A stretch of DNA of 64,000 nt, taken from positions 7,192,001-7,256,000 of the forward strand of contig OZ059898.1 of assembly GCA_964057225.1 (NCBI GenBank), read 5' to 3'. The stretch comes from Auanema rhodensis. Taxonomy: Eukaryota; Animalia; Nematoda. The notes under the pieces are model-generated. The model saw nothing but the letters and a program-made list of their open reading frames with translations, did not search any database and had not been told where the DNA came from. Of the stretch, positions 14,801-30,100 are shown piece by piece. A program made the translations under genes and the position numbers. Each line of letters opens with the position of its first letter. Position 1 is the stretch's first letter.

Positions 14801-17800
14801 GCGCGAGTAGCGATGGCAGCAGGAAGACTTGCTTGAATTTTTTCAGCAGCTTCATCTGTGAACATAGTGCCATGTTGCTTGGCTTGAAGTCTTGGAGCAC
14901 ATTCTTTAGGTTCCAGTCTTTTGGTCATATCACTTCCAGCTTTTTCACAAGCAGTTTTGACTATGAAGTTAGTAGCGAGCTCAACATTATCGTGAGTAAG
15001 AGCTTGAGAAGCTTCTTCAATCATTTTCATCTAGAATTATCAGATAGATTATATATATATATTTTTTTTATTTATTTAATATTACCAATTCTTGGCCGTT
15101 GGGATTTGCAGTGGATCTAAGAGCTGTGTTGAACGCATTTTGTAAATAACCTGTCATAGTTGAAGCAAGTGGATCTCTGCAGGTAATCATAGCCATGCCA
15201 GCAGTCATTGCTCTCATCTAAGAACATAAATTAATGTTAAACATTATTTTGAACCTACCATATGGAATGATGCGAGTTTGATATTTTTCTCATCGGGATC
15301 AAGAGCGAAATCTTTTCGGATGAGATTTTCTGTGACCGTGGTAGCAATTTTCTGAGCTCTTTCAGCGACAGGTCCGATCAATTCCTTGATGGCTTGAGTT
15401 AAGGCTGGTTTAACAACAGTCTTCAATTGAGGATGTAACTGAAAAAAAAGTTGAAATAATGGAATATGATTAGTGTATTTACTTGGAACAATGGAAGTGA
15501 AGCTTTAATTTGAATATGAGGAGCTAAACCCTCGTAAGAAACGACATTGATTTCATGATATGAATAGTTTCCAAGTTGGGTGGCTTCTGGTTGATTCGAT
15601 GACTCAGCATCAGGTGCAGGAGTACCAGGCTAAAATTATCCATTTATCTTTATTATTGTTGGTATAAAAACCTTTGTATCAGATGCAACAGGTGTTCCTG
15701 AATCTGGTACTAACCGCATCTGACTAGGCACAGGTGAGCTAGTAGGCAATGTTTCAGGCCTAGCTAAGAGTTTTAAGTCAGATAATTGTTGTTGAACTCT
15801 CAATAATCGATCAGTATCCTTCAATATGCCTTCAACAGGAAGCATATGAAGCTCCACGTTCAATTCCTTGCATAATACCTAAACAGCACTCAGTTTTACC
15901 CCGAAATGATTAAAGCCAATATTACTTCAATTTCAAACTTAAGATTGATTTTTAAATCGGGTTCATTGTGCAGCTCAGCCAATATTTTTAATACTGATCT
16001 TATCCAAGCACAAGAAGCCCCAAATATCTGAAAAATACAAGTTTTGCAATACATGCCTACTAATAAAAAAAACCTCAGTTTTACTACAAGAGAACAAAAT
16101 TTTGGCAATGAAAGGAACAACAAATAGAAGTTCTTGTTGTCCTTTGTAATAAGCTTCCATTAACAAAGACTTCAAGTCCAATTCCTAGAATTTAAATAAC
16201 TATTCGACAGTTCAATGATCATAACATACATGAATAAGAATAGGTTTGCTGCGAGCAATTGTAATAGAACCTAACCACAATCCCAAGTTCTTCAATAATT
16301 GACGATCGCTGTAGTTAGAAGCAGCCTGCCTCTTATCGGACCGCAATAAAATCTAAACAATTATATAAATAATGCAAGATCAAAAATTTGAATACTCGAA
16401 TGTTTCTGAATGTTTCTTTCTTGATGTGATAATCAAGAAGAGGATGATCCACTGTTTGAACAAATGAGTTATACAACGGCTGGAAATTCTGTTCTACAGA
16501 AACTCTTTTCATTACTATGTATTGTGCAAGCCACTTGACAAATGGTTCTCCATGATCACTAATTAGTCCTAGGACCTAAAAATAAGAAGAACTATGTTAG
16601 AGAGAGTTAATATAACAAATACCTCTTCTCTTTTAGCCTGGATGTTAGCATTTGACAGGTTATTGAAAAGGAAAGACATCTTATCAACAACAAATTCAGG
16701 TGGCTGGGCAGCCTGTAATTGAAAAAATATATCATTTTTAAAAAGTATTGAGCAAACCTCTGCTCCTTCTTTTTCAGTTGCATTCACAAGGGTGTCCACA
16801 TTAGTATAAGAGAGAACATTACCCTTAAATTACAAAATTGAAAATATTTTTATATAAGTTGTTAGTCTACAGTTCGAGAAGGGAGTTTGTTGTCATTACC
16901 AGCCCTTTGTCCAGGTTGCCAAACAGGAGGAGTAGATCTGCCTTCATTTGTTGATGGGACAGAAGAAGAATTAGCAGGGAAATCACCATTCTTTCCCGCA
17001 ATTACAAACTCTTGTAATGCAGGGGGGAATCGGTGAAAGTTTTCCAGCATTGAGATCATAGAACACACCTGTAACACGTAATAAATAAAATAGTTCTGCA
17101 AATAAGAAATACCCTAGGGTAAGCTTTTAGCTTAGTACGACAATGATCCAAGGACACAATACCAAAAGTCCATAGCTTCGAGTTAGGATCGGCACTTAAG
17201 GATTCTATCACTTTTCTAACAGCCGTAGCAAAATGCAGATTACTTAATAAGAACAATACATTATCTTCCTAAATATATTATTACCTGATAATTCCTTCAC
17301 GAATAATACCACCATAAACTTCGGCTGTTGTTTTTAACTCCCTATCTGGATAGTCGCCAAAAAATCGATATTCTTCGAAGAGATTTTTGACAACACAAGC
17401 AAGCACCTGCGTGATATATATATATAATAAAACAAACATTATTCACACTACCTTTTGCTCCCTAGGATTGTTAGATGCTTTGAATCGTTTCAACCGCTCA
17501 ATGAGTTCTTGAACAGTCAGAATACCAGAACTGTTATAAATCTGTTCAAAGTAACTGTTAGCCTCTTCTTGAATATCTTCGGTGAACACTAGAGTAGAGA
17601 AATCATCAGCCATTTGATTTTGGTTTTGCCTAGCCTTAACAATATTTGTGTTATATTTTAAATGCTATATTACTTGAAAATCGGCTCCAGTTGGTGGTAG
17701 CTGGGCACGGAAATCAATTTGCTGTGATGGGGTGGGAGGACCGGCCGGCCGATGCCCAGTAGCTCCAGGAAGTGACCACGAAGATGACGAAGAGTTTTGT

Positions 17801-20800
17801 CTTTGAGGAGCCTGAGGTGCAGGAACTCGAGAAGATTGATTTGTTGGTGAATGAGTTCCATAACTAGCAGAACCAGGAAAAGTGTTGATACTGATGGGCT
17901 GAGCTCCCGTAGAAGACTGAAAGGTTTATTTTTTTTAAAGAATTCCAAAATATATTGTAGACAAAATGTTTGTTAAAGGTAGAAAAATCTACCTTAAGTA
18001 ACTCTTGACTTCCTCCTAGAGATTTTGCTCCGAACATATTACTCAAACCCATAGGATTGCCAGCTGAAAGGGCTTGCCCAGGCTGAAAATGATGCATACT
18101 CGCTTTATAATTAGGGGGTTCAAACCGGCATAAAGTTAGGAAGAGAGTTGAAAGATGGTGTATTATTAGGGAAAGCCATTGGCCTTGTAATTCGAGGATC
18201 AGAGTGAGCAAAACCTGACAGAGGATCCTTAGGTGGTAAAAAACCGGGCAGTCCTGGCTCCTTGCTTTGAGAAAAATTAGGAAGTATTGAATCCTTATGC
18301 ATGTTGAAACCAGAGAGCTGCTCAGAATGTTGTGGAAAACCAGGCATGGGAGCCCTCCCTGTTGAGGAAACAGAAGAACTACGCCCGCTCTCCTTCATAA
18401 CCTAAAAATGCCGTTCATGAAGGGAGCAAGTTTTCACCTGTTACACAACATCACAAAAACCTACCGAAACGAACCAAACTCAGGCAGTTAAATGACTAGG
18501 CGAAAAGTGCTATCATATGCACAAACATTTACTTAGATTCAAAGAGAATTTCAAAGATAATTTGTGAATTTATCAATAATTGTATTCTCAAATCACGCGA
18601 ATAACTCAAACCGCTCGCAGCACGCGCCGCAAACTTGCTAAACAGCGTACACAACCGTGTATTGCAAACACTGTTTGAAATAAAGAGAATACAAAATATT
18701 TGCGCTAGTCATAAAACCAGTGCAATTTTTTATAAGTATTGGATTTAGAAAACGTAGCATGAACGCTAGTTTTAAAATCAATGTGCGTCTTAACTATTTC
18801 AAAAGTAAGAAACTTCTTTTCAAAATAATATATATATGTCTCATACTTGTATGACGTGTCGTTGTGAATTATTCGATAAGCACTCACCGGCTGTGGTTCT
18901 AACTTGATCAATTGTTCCTTTATATTATCTGCACTGCTTCCGAGAATCCCAACCGCAGTTTTAGCAAATTTTAATAAGAATCCAAATGTTTCATCACTTG
19001 GAAATTGGGTTTGTGAAATTGGTATCCGTCTGCGGAGAATTGTAACAATTGCGTCTAGTAAAGGAATCTACGAAAGAAAAAAAAATATTTTGAATAGAGT
19101 ATGAAATTTTTACATAGTTACATAATAAGAGAATAACTTATAAACTCCTCACCTTAAAGTCATTGAATTTATCTAATAACCATTTGTCCAGCTTCAAATA
19201 ATCTCTTTTCGAGGCAAGACAAGCTAATTCTACTGAAAAAGCCAGCTCATTTGAGGAGAGGAGAGTGGCTAAACACCCGGGTTTTAATTCATGAGCGAGC
19301 TAAAGCTAAATAGTTAAATGATACCAAATAAACAAAACGCTCACATCAAGGATTCTGGCAAGTTTTCGAGCTTCGTCAATTTCAGAAGTATCTTTATAGA
19401 AAGCTATGAATACATTTTTAATCAGCAACCTAAATTCCGAACAACTTCGGCCCTAAATTCGTCAACTTTAGTTTGATTCAAATATTCATAAATATATAAT
19501 TCTTTCACCTCAGAGTTCCAGCCTTCATGTAAAATAGCTGCTGCGTTTGAATGAGTAGGTATTATAACTTTGAGAATAATATTAATTAGAGAAGATCTAA
19601 GTGATGCGAGAGTCTAAAATATGAAAATAAAAATCTGTTTAAATATTTTTTCTAGCCTGTTGTGGATAATAAGGTAACTGAGGTTGAAAGAGACCAAGTA
19701 GAATAAGATCGGGAAATTGAGGGATTGCGGTCCAGAAAATGTTTTGAGCTTCCTCTTTCAGTTCAGGAGATTCGTCGGCAATTGATAATAATATTGAGTA
19801 CAGATCAATACATTTCCTATAAAAAATAAATAAATAGTGTATTATATGAAAAAACTAACCAATTTGAAATGAAAATATTCTTCTCATCAGGAGGAGTCTT
19901 TAAAATACCTAACTGAATCGGGCTATGAGGATACAGATGCAAAGAAAATATATCAGGATTTTCAACTATGCCACGCAGCCAACTCAGTTGGCCTTTCCTA
20001 TAAGAATACATTAGCTTTAAAAAAAAAAAAAAGTCTTACACATTCTTCCATTTTTTGTATAGAGTTGAAACCGGGAACGGTTTTTCATCCAGGCCTTTCA
20101 GTAAAATATCACTAAGTAATTTCAATTCTCTTCTTGTTTCAACAAAAAATGATTGTGAATCCAGACATTGCACAACTTCTTCCCAATTTAACTGCTGATT
20201 CTATAAAAGCATGTCAAGAATAATCATATCAATCATCTAGGAACACTACAAAATGATTAAAGGTGTCAACAACCGCATTAGAATTGCATTCGGCAGCACC
20301 TTCAGAACTGCAATAAAATATTCTAAAAAATCTAATACTAATATACTTACAATTTCTTATTCAAGAGAACGATTATGGAATGAGCAACACTGTCAGAAGT
20401 AAAGCTTTTCACTGAATATATGTAGAATATGGTTAGTAAACAAATAAAACGTACCTTCAGAACAATTGTTACTGTTGAGGTATTCAATTAAGTGTTCTGA
20501 AGAATAAGCAACATTCCAACCACCTCTCTCTATTAGAACAGGTAGAATACTAGCAGTTGCATTTTCAAAAGCCATTGTGAGGTCCTGAAAAAGGTTAGAC
20601 CCAGTTAATATCATCAAACATTCGTTACAGATATATCAGCTACTCCTTTTTTGATGAAGTTGGACACCTGTTGAGCTAGTTGCCCAGCGTGAATCGTAGA
20701 AAGTACTTTATTGTGCTTAGCGAGCAATGAGAAAAGTAAAGGTTTAAAAGGATTTTTTTCGTCAAAGCTTCTATGTGGATCGTCGATTATCTGATGTATG

Positions 20801-21847
20801 AAAAAACTATAGGTATATATCAAGATTTCGTTACTTGATGAAGAAATCTGCTAACAGACACAGGACAAATTGTAGGAAAGTCTCCGTTCAAATAGAATTG
20901 AATAATGCGCCCAATGTAGTCCGATTTGAGAGGACAACGAATAACTGGAACAAAAAATAAAAGTTAGCTCTCAACACGCTCTAAACAACCAACCGTGATA
21001 CTCTACAAAAAATTGATGAAGCCTATTCGCTGATTCTCGATGACGTTCAAGAGCTTTATGAACTTCTCCAGGCGCTAATGATGCTATGAATGCTATCGAC
21101 TGAGCTGTGGGTGAAATAATAAAAAATCCCTTAAATGGAAAGTTTATTAAATAAATAAAAAAACTGAATTCTCACTTTACTATAGAATAAATCTACAAAA
21201 GTATCCCTAGATCTTTTACCAACAATAGCAGCGCTTGCACTGAAAAAAAAAGATAATATTTCAAAAATATCACAAATAAATACCTTTCGCTTAATGCTGC
21301 GAATAAAGCGTCCCCGCCTTTGATTTCTCTATTACTACGACCTTTTTGCTCTTCGGTAGCAAACTTGAGTATCTGTGAATAATGAGAATGAAATGGTAAA
21401 CATGTAATAAAACAATTTCATAATTTAATATAAATATGAAAGTATTCCTTCAAATGCAAAAGATATAAAACAGAATAAGAAAACTAATTTCCCGAAATAA
21501 GCAAATATGATATGAACAGGTATTAATAATTTGTCAAAACCTACCAATGAGATCAATTGACAAGCGTGCTGCTCACTTAGATGAGAAGCACTAGGGGGCA
21601 CTCGAGTTGGTATTCCTACAGAAGTGAGCAGACAATTTGCCGCGTGAACTGCGACAATACTCCACTCTCCACCACAGGCAACAAGTAAACGCTAAACAAT
21701 CATATAATATCATTAGCTGAAATGGATAGTGCTCTTTGATACCTGAAAAACAAGCTGAATTGATTTTTGAGGATGATACGAAAAGTTAGACAAAAGTTCG
21801 TCCACGTAGCATAAGTAAAAACGAGCGGTAGATCTTGTAATTGACAT
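11821..21847 (-). CDS. let-711: CCR4-NOT scaffold subunit CNOT1 (many exons)
   Basis: [86 protein letters not shown]. The start MSITRS at 21847 is inferred from splice phase. Confidence 0.96.
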
Positions 21848-22382
21848 ACAAGCAGCAGTGTTACATAAGCTTATAGAAATAAACGATTGACACGAGGATA
21901 TCCTGAAATATCCAATATTTTCAAGACTAAACTTGAAGAATTCAAATGGCTTATATCCTAACACAGCCATTTTAATCACACATCAACATTTTTAACTCAC
22001 AACTTTATGTATGCTTTCTGTTTCGTATGCTAAGATATCAAAATGGGCATACATAAGACAGGAAAAGAAAAATATGCTCTGCAATGTTTTATTCAATGAG
22101 TAACATAGTGCAAAGATAACACAATTTGCATATTATGTTGCCACAGTAAAAATCTACCCCTATATCGAACACCAAGATTAGATACAGTAAAATACAAATA
22201 CATTGATAATCGATCAGATAGATGATGAGAAACTTCGAGAACGATAGATTAAGCGAGTGCACAATCAGAGCGACGACAGTCAAAATAGATTATAGGTAGT
22301 ATTCATACAAAAATGACGTTTTAAATTAAATGAGGATAGAAAATACAGCAATTAGAGAAGAGTGCCATCACAGATGAGTTAA

Positions 22383-24004
22383 TTACCGTAATTTACATGC
22401 TCTGTGATATAATGCATCTACAACTTCACCCATCGCATGAATGGTCTCCAAAGCAGTTTCATAAGTGGCATCAGGAGGCGAAACATCATATACAATAAGC
22501 ATTCCATCTCCTTGATGAAGAGATCCGCTGAATTTGCGGTCTAAAATCATTTGCGCAAGCTTCTTTTCAACCTGAACAATATTTTTTTAAAGGTACAACA
22601 GATTTGTAAGCAATACCTTTGCACGATCAATTCCAATTTCGGAAGCAATGTGATCAATTTGAACAAAGGAATAAGGCTCAATTAGTCGGCATAAATCTTT
22701 TTCCAGCATAGTTTCAGATAAAGAATTGAAGTGCTTCTTCACTACCGCATCCATCTTAAACACATTATCACTTTCACATTTGAAAAATATCAAATACTTG
22801 AAGTTCTTGACGGTAGGCACCAAATGTTTGATTAAAATCTGCAAGACTTCTCTTTTTAGAAGCAGTAGCAATAGCGCGCATAGCATCAAGATCTGATCCG
22901 CTATATTTTAAAGCAAGCTTTCCAGCCAACAGCGTTGGCACCTCATCCGGTACATCAATCATAACCTAGAAGTAGAATATAAAGATAGAAATCCAACTAA
23001 ATAAAACCTTGCAAAGAAGCATATACTTCAATGATAAAAGAGCCAAGCTTTTCTCGCTGCACGAATCGTATCCTTCAAATGCTTCATAAAAATAAGAGAA
23101 GGCAGTTTTAAAATCTTTCTCGTCAGCAGCATGAAGTATACCAGATTGAAGATCAAGAGACGCCTAAACAAAATGAACAAAAAACTCATAAGTTTGCCTT
23201 CTAAACGCACCTGCATCTTAGGGTTAACATAGATAGCATTAGCTGTAGTTCTAGCACCAGTTAAAGAAGCACGAGCTTTTCCAACATTGCCCAAATGATA
23301 ATACGCTTTGGATTCCTCAAGTTCGACCTCTACGAGGACATCTTTGTCATCGAGTTTTTTCAATTCTCTTATCAATTCAGCAGCTATAACTCGAACAATA
23401 GTTAGAATATAACGCAAGAAACGTACCAATAGGCAAAGACTGGCTGTACCGCCCAAGATCGTTGAACAGACGTACAAGTCTAGCTTCTAACGTTTGACGC
23501 AAGAAAGTTCGGTTTTGTTCGGTAGCCCACTGAATACATTCTCTTACAAGTTCCACCTTAAAAAGAAATTGTATAAAAATTTTATGAATACACTTAAATG
23601 CTGACCTTTATATCTCCGTCCTGCCCATCAATCATCAAACAGAGATCAACAAGATTTCTCACAAGCTTAGCAGCTTTAGCTTTCCCAAGTGATACCAGAA
23701 AAGGACGAGTCTGCTCGATCATCTAAAGAAGAGAACCTTAACAACAAAGCAAAACAGTAATGTTAACCTTTCGAAGTTCCTCTGTTTGTTTGCTTCGGGC
23801 TAGTATATTCCCGAGTTCCATAATAGAGTCTTCCTTTTTCTTAATATCAGCATCGCCACTTGCAGGGGATTTAACTGAAATATATGTTAAAATACATAAT
23901 GTGAAATTTAATAAGCTACCTAAATTAGTTAAATGGCGGATAACATTTTGGTCATTTTGATGTGGCAGGGAAGGCATGTGATCCATAACGGTACCACCAG
24001 ACAT
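22383..24004 (-). CDS. rpn-6.1: 26S proteasome lid subunit Rpn6/PSMD11
   Basis: [67 protein letters not shown] domain [15 protein letters not shown]. Confidence 0.97.
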
Positions 24005-24642
24005 ATTAGGTAACACCTACCCAAAACCTCAAAAAAAATTAGTAATTTAAGGTTTAAGCAAATAAGAAAATATTTATGAAAATTTACAACGAAATAATAA
24101 TGATCAGAGGAACGTTTAAAAATATTCATTCTATCGTTTAGCAAAATCCAGAAACAAAATTTATGACGGAAAAATCGATAAGTATTTTCTACTATATCGA
24201 AAACAATTTCAAAGTAGAAAAACAAATGAAAATTCAAATTTAAAAACTTCGTTGCTTTATGTTAATCATAATTACATTATATAGTTTAATGAATTTAATC
24301 TAAAAATGTATAAAGAATATGAATATTTATAATATATATTTAATAAATTACAGAGCGATAATTTAATGAAAAACATATTTTTTTTACAGAAAAATTAAAG
24401 AGTTGCTCATGTACAAACAGCAGATGATTCTCAAACAAGAATCGCGCTCTTAGATGTGCAGGCCGATGGGTACGGTGCTCTTGGTATTGTGCCAGTTACT
24501 AGCTAGTCATAATTATTTTTCTTTCTTTGTGTTTATAGTTAAAAATTGAATGAATGTGTTCATTTTGTTTTGAGAACGGGTTTGAACTTATTTACTTGTT
24601 CAGGTGATTAATTACCTAAAAAAAGAGACAGGTTAAAAAAAA

Positions 24643-26764
24643 ATGTCTTGTGAGGCTAATCGGCAAAGTGCATGGGGGAAAATTAACAAAGAAGAGGTAT
24701 GCATTTAAAATGAAATTAAAGAGTTAGAAATTTCTTCAGCAAATCGAACCTGTAGTATCTCTTGTTGATATAATGAGTGAAGAACTTGCACAGACTCTTG
24801 TTGATGAGGATGAACGTAAAGAGACCGATTTTGTGGCAAAACTGTTGAATGAAGAATCAAATCAGGTTCGAAATTATGACTCTAATAAATTATCTTTTGA
24901 AAATATGCTACTCAGTCTTTGTTGACGGATGAAGATATTGCAAGAGCATTACAACGTGATTTTGATCGAGAATATGACTTGGAAGTTCGTTTAGAACGGC
25001 AGAAACAAATGGGAAATAATACTGGTTTAACTTTATTTAGATAATGGGCATATAGTTTTGTTACTTTTAGTCACTGTAACTCCAGATCGTTACAAACCTC
25101 GTACAATGCAGGATTCAGATGATGAAGAGTCCGATGATGATGATGCTACACGTGAGGCTGCCACTGCTTTGCTTTATGCTAAGGTACGTGACAAATATCA
25201 GATTTACATGTTTTTGTTATTAAGTTAGACAATGAACTTCCATCAGGAGCATGTCGCAATGAACATGGTTCCTGGACTACTAAACATGACGCTACAATTT
25301 CTGGAAGACGAAATGCAGATAAAGCTTTGAATGTGAGTATATTCTTAATAACAATTATTTTGTTTTCCATAGGACGCTGTTAATGTGCCGGTTGGTGATG
25401 TTGTTTCGCAAGAAATAAGTAACCGTGTTTTCAACGACCTGAGAAGTTTCGCTAAAGCTGACAATAAACGACAACATAAATTAAAAGACAAAGTTTTTTT
25501 CGATTTATAAATTGCATTATACTCTGATCCTAAGGAAGAGCAAGCTACGATGGAAACCTCTGTAGATGCTGCTACGAGATTGTCTTTGTTTAAATGGATT
25601 AATCAAGGTTTATTTGATAGAGTGGAAGGTATTGTTGCTACAGGAAAAGTATAAATAAGATAACTATCATTATATTGTGCTGTATGACTTAGGAGTCTGC
25701 TGTGTTACATGCCGTGCTTGGTCCAAATAATGAACAGCATTTTGCCATTAAAGTTTATAAGACCAGTCTAACTGAGTTTAAAAATAGGTTTTTTTTTCAA
25801 AATTTGTAGATAAAAAAATTGTCTTTACTTAGGGGTGAATATGTCAAGGACGACTTCCGCTTTAAAAATCCTAGAAGTGTTTTGAAAATATGGGCCGAAC
25901 GAGAATATATAAATCTCAAACGGTTTTTAATATATTTGTATATATATTTCTTATTGGAGTGATTTAGAATGATAAATCATAATTTACCTTGTCCACAACC
26001 AGTCAAATTAAAAAAACATCTTCTGATAATGTCTATGATAGGTGCTAATGTAAGTTGCTCTATTTATAACATTCTAAGTTATCTTTAGGGTTGTGCTGCT
26101 CCCCGCCTGCGAAATGTTGATTTTAACTTCTTTACAGAAGAGGAAAGGTTTGATATATATCATCAAGTTCAGGAGGTGAACTCTTAAATGTTGAAAAAGT
26201 CGAACTATGAGATTTAGATCATGTGTAAATTATACAAAGAATGTCAGCTTGTTCATGGGGATTTAAGTGAATTCAATTTACTATTTTCCGAAGGAAAGGT
26301 AAGTTTATTGGAGTTCAATGAAAATAATTGTTTCCTATTGAGATATTCGTTATTGATGTTTCTCAATCAATGGATGTATCACATCCTCGAAATTTACATT
26401 ATTTGACGAGGTAATTTATTGGTTAATATATTATTGGTTAATATATTATTTTGTAATATATTTAAGAGATATTCGAAATGTATTAGCTTTCTTTCAATCG
26501 TTGGGCACTCCAAACCTTCCAACTGATGCTGGGTTGTTTAATTTGATCACTGATTTAAATATGAAGGATGATGATAATTTACTTGTTCAAGTTAGTTTTA
26601 TATCCATTTCAATATATCATATCTTGTAGGTTGAACAATTCTCACGTGAAAATCGTTGTGTTACTCGGCGGAATGATAAATCTCATCCGGCAGATATGGA
26701 ATTACGGTTGTATAATGCAGAAAAAAAAGAAAGGGGAACGTCTCCAGCGAGAGATTACAATTGA
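24643..26764 (+). CDS. riok-3: RIO kinase 3
   Basis: RIOK3-type N-terminus SAWGK..SLVDIMSEELA; ATGKESAVLHA, AIKVYKT, VHGDLSEFNLL, IDVSQS. Confidence 0.92.
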
Positions 26765-27132
26765 CAATTTTTCAAAATGATGTACGTATAAATTATTAGT
26801 GAGTCAGCTTCCTAATTTTTACTTGTTAACTGTTTCAATATGAATGAAGACGTGTTTTTTTTAGTTTAATCTATTCAAACTCACCAATTTAACTAAACGT
26901 AAGTATCATGTTCCTTTAAAATTTATCTTTCAAGAATATATTTCTTTTGATTTTAACAACAAATTGAATATGATATTCATAACGTTATGATTATCATGGT
27001 ATGGGCAGTCCACATGCAAGACAATCTGTCACTGATAGTAGTCGTATCCATAGCAACTGTCGCCCATGAAATTCTAGCCGTTTCCTATTTTGCTCAGCAA
27101 TATTTATAAATATTATAATTTTACTAACTTAA

Positions 27133-30100
27133 ATGGACTCTGAAGATACGGATCCGGTAATTTTTATAATATATTCAACCTTATTTTTAATTAAAAAATA
27201 GACTTCTCATGTACAATTGCCCAAAATTGAAAAACCACCCAGACCGAAATCAACAGATTCTGTTTTATTTCAAAGTTCTTACGATTACACAACACAAGAC
27301 AGGTAAGCTTTTCGTCTTTTTAAAATGTATTTTCTAGAGTTACCTCTGACGATGTTTCTTTTTTCTTATTTTTATAGAGGGAATCCAAGAAATGTAAGGC
27401 AACAGATGATTAGACCAAGAGATCAACTCAATTGGCTTACTGATCAGATAACTTTTGAAACTGAGAGTAGATCTATGTATCGTGCTGATAGCACAAAAAG
27501 ATTAGAAGATCAGTTCAAGTCTAGTACCGATGATTCAAACCCCAATTACTCATTAGGACCACGTTCTAACTACAACTCATGGAAAGGAGAAAGATTTCAA
27601 ATGAACAAGCCTAAGGATCAGATTGATCGATCCTCAGACCCTTTAGATGGAACAACTATCAATAGTTCTACATATCAAGGAAGAGCTGGAGAACGATATG
27701 AGATGAATAGACCGAAAGACCAATGGGAACGATCATCTGGCCCTATGGAAGGGACCACTATTAACCGTTCTACTTTTCAAGGTGGAATAGGAGAGCGATT
27801 TCAAATGAATAAACCGAAAGATCAGATTGATCGCTCGTCAGACCCTTTAGATGGAACAACTATCAATAGTTCCACGTATCAGGGAGGAGCCGGTGAGCGA
27901 TATGAGATGAATAGACCAAAGGACCAATGGGAACGAACATCTGGCCCAATGGAAGAGACCACTATTAACCGTTCTACTTTTCAAGGTGGAATAGGACAGC
28001 GATTTCAAATGAATAAACCGAAAGATCAGATTGATCGCTCGTCAGACCCTTTAGATGGAACAACTATCAATAGTTCTACATATCAAGGAGGAGCCGGTGA
28101 GCGATATGAGATGAATAGACCAAAGGACCAATGGGAACGAACATCTGGCCCAATGGAAGAGACCACTATTAACCGTTCTACTTTTCAAGGTGGAATAGGA
28201 GAGCGATTTCAAATGAATAAACCGAAAGATCAGATTGATCGATCCTCAGACCCTTTAGATGGAACAACTATCAATAGTTTTACATATCAAGGAGGAGCCG
28301 GTGAGCGATATGAGATGAATAGACCAAAGGACCAATGGGAACGATCATCTGGCCCAATGGAAGAGACTACTATTAACCGTTCTACTTTTCAAGGTGGAAT
28401 AGGACAGCGATTTCAAATGAATAAACCGAAAGATCAGATTGATCGCTCGTCAGACCCTTTAGATGGAACAACTATCAATAGTTCTACATATCAAGGAGGA
28501 GCCGGTGAACGATATGAGATGAATAGACCGAAAGACCAATGGGAACGGTCATCTGGCCCTATGGAAGGGACCACTATTAACCGTTCTACTTTTCAAGGTG
28601 GAATAGGACAGCGATTTCAAATGAATAAACCGAAAGATCAGATTGATCGATCCTCAGATCCTCTAGATGGAACAACTATCAATAGTTCTACATTTCAAGG
28701 AGGAGCCGGTGAACGATATGAGATGAATAGACCGAAAGACCAATGGGAACGGTCATCTGGCCCTATGGAAGGGACCACTATCAATAGTTCTACATATCAG
28801 GGAGGTGTTGGTGAACGGTACCAAGCGAACAAGCCTAAGGATCAGATTGATCGATCCTCAGACCCTTTAGATGGAACAACTATCAATAGTTCTACATTTC
28901 AAGGAGGAGCCGGTGAACGATATGAGATGAATAGACCGAAAGACCAATGGGAACGGTCATCTGGCCCTATGGAAGGGACCACTATTAACCGTTCTACTTT
29001 TCAAGGTGGAATAGGACAGCGATTTCAAATGAATAAACCGAAAGATCAGATTGATCGATCCTCAGACCCTCTAGATGGAACAACTATCAATAGTTCTACA
29101 TTTCAAGGAGGAGCCGGTGAACGATATGAGATGAATAGACCGAAAGACCAATGGGAACGGTCATCTGGCCCTATGGAAGGGACCACTATTAACCGTTCTA
29201 CTTTTCAAGGTGGAATAGGACAGCGATTTCAAATGAATAAACCGAAAGATCAGATTGATCGATCCTCAGATCCTCTAGATGGAACAACTATCAATAGTTC
29301 TACATATCAGGGAGGTGTTGGTGAACGGTACCAAGCGAACAAGCCTAAGGATCAGATTGATCGATCCTCAGACCCTTTAGATGGAACAACTATCAATAGT
29401 TCTACATTTCAAGGAGGAGCCGGTGAACGATATGAGATGAATAGACCGAAAGACCAATGGGAACGGTCATCTGGCCCTATGGAAGGGACCACTATTAACC
29501 GTTCTACTTTTCAAGGTGGAATAGGACAGCGATTTCAAATGAATAAACCGAAAGATCAGATTGATCGATCCTCAGATCCTCTAGATGGAACAACTATCAA
29601 TAGTTCTACATATCAGGGAGGTGTTGGTGAACGGTACCAAGCGAACAAGCCTAAGGATCAGATTGATCGATCCTCAGACCCTTTAGATGGAACAACTATC
29701 AATAGTTCCACGTATCAGGGAGGTGTTGGTGAACGGTACCAAGCGAACAAGCCTAAGGATCAGATTGATCGATCCTCAGACCCTTTAGATGGAACAACTA
29801 TCAATAGTTCTACATTTCAAGGAGGAGCCGGTGAACGATATGAGATGAATAGACCGAAAGACCAATGGGAACGGTCATCTGGCCCTATGGAAGGGACCAC
29901 TATTAACCGTTCTACTTTTCAAGGTGGAATAGGACAGCGATTTCAAATGAATAAACCGAAAGATCAGATTGATCGCTCGTCAGACCCTTTAGATGGAACA
30001 ACAATGAATCGATCAACTTATCAAGGAGGTGTTGGTGAACGGTACCAAGCGAATAAGCCTAAGGATCAGATTGATCGATCCTCAGACCCTTTAGATGGAA

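Noticed and set aside
18403-18510. Possible alternative acceptor or micro-exon in the let-711 intron
   Set aside because: The alternative acceptor would add an in-frame stop, and the direct junction is already in phase.
26417-26460. 15-nt tandem duplication in a riok-3 intron
   Set aside because: A simple slippage duplication with no evident function.
27325-27377. ORF-track start MYFLELPL as the N-terminus or signal peptide
   Set aside because: It lies in an intron (GTAAGC 27303 to TATAG 27377); upstream exons splice in phase.
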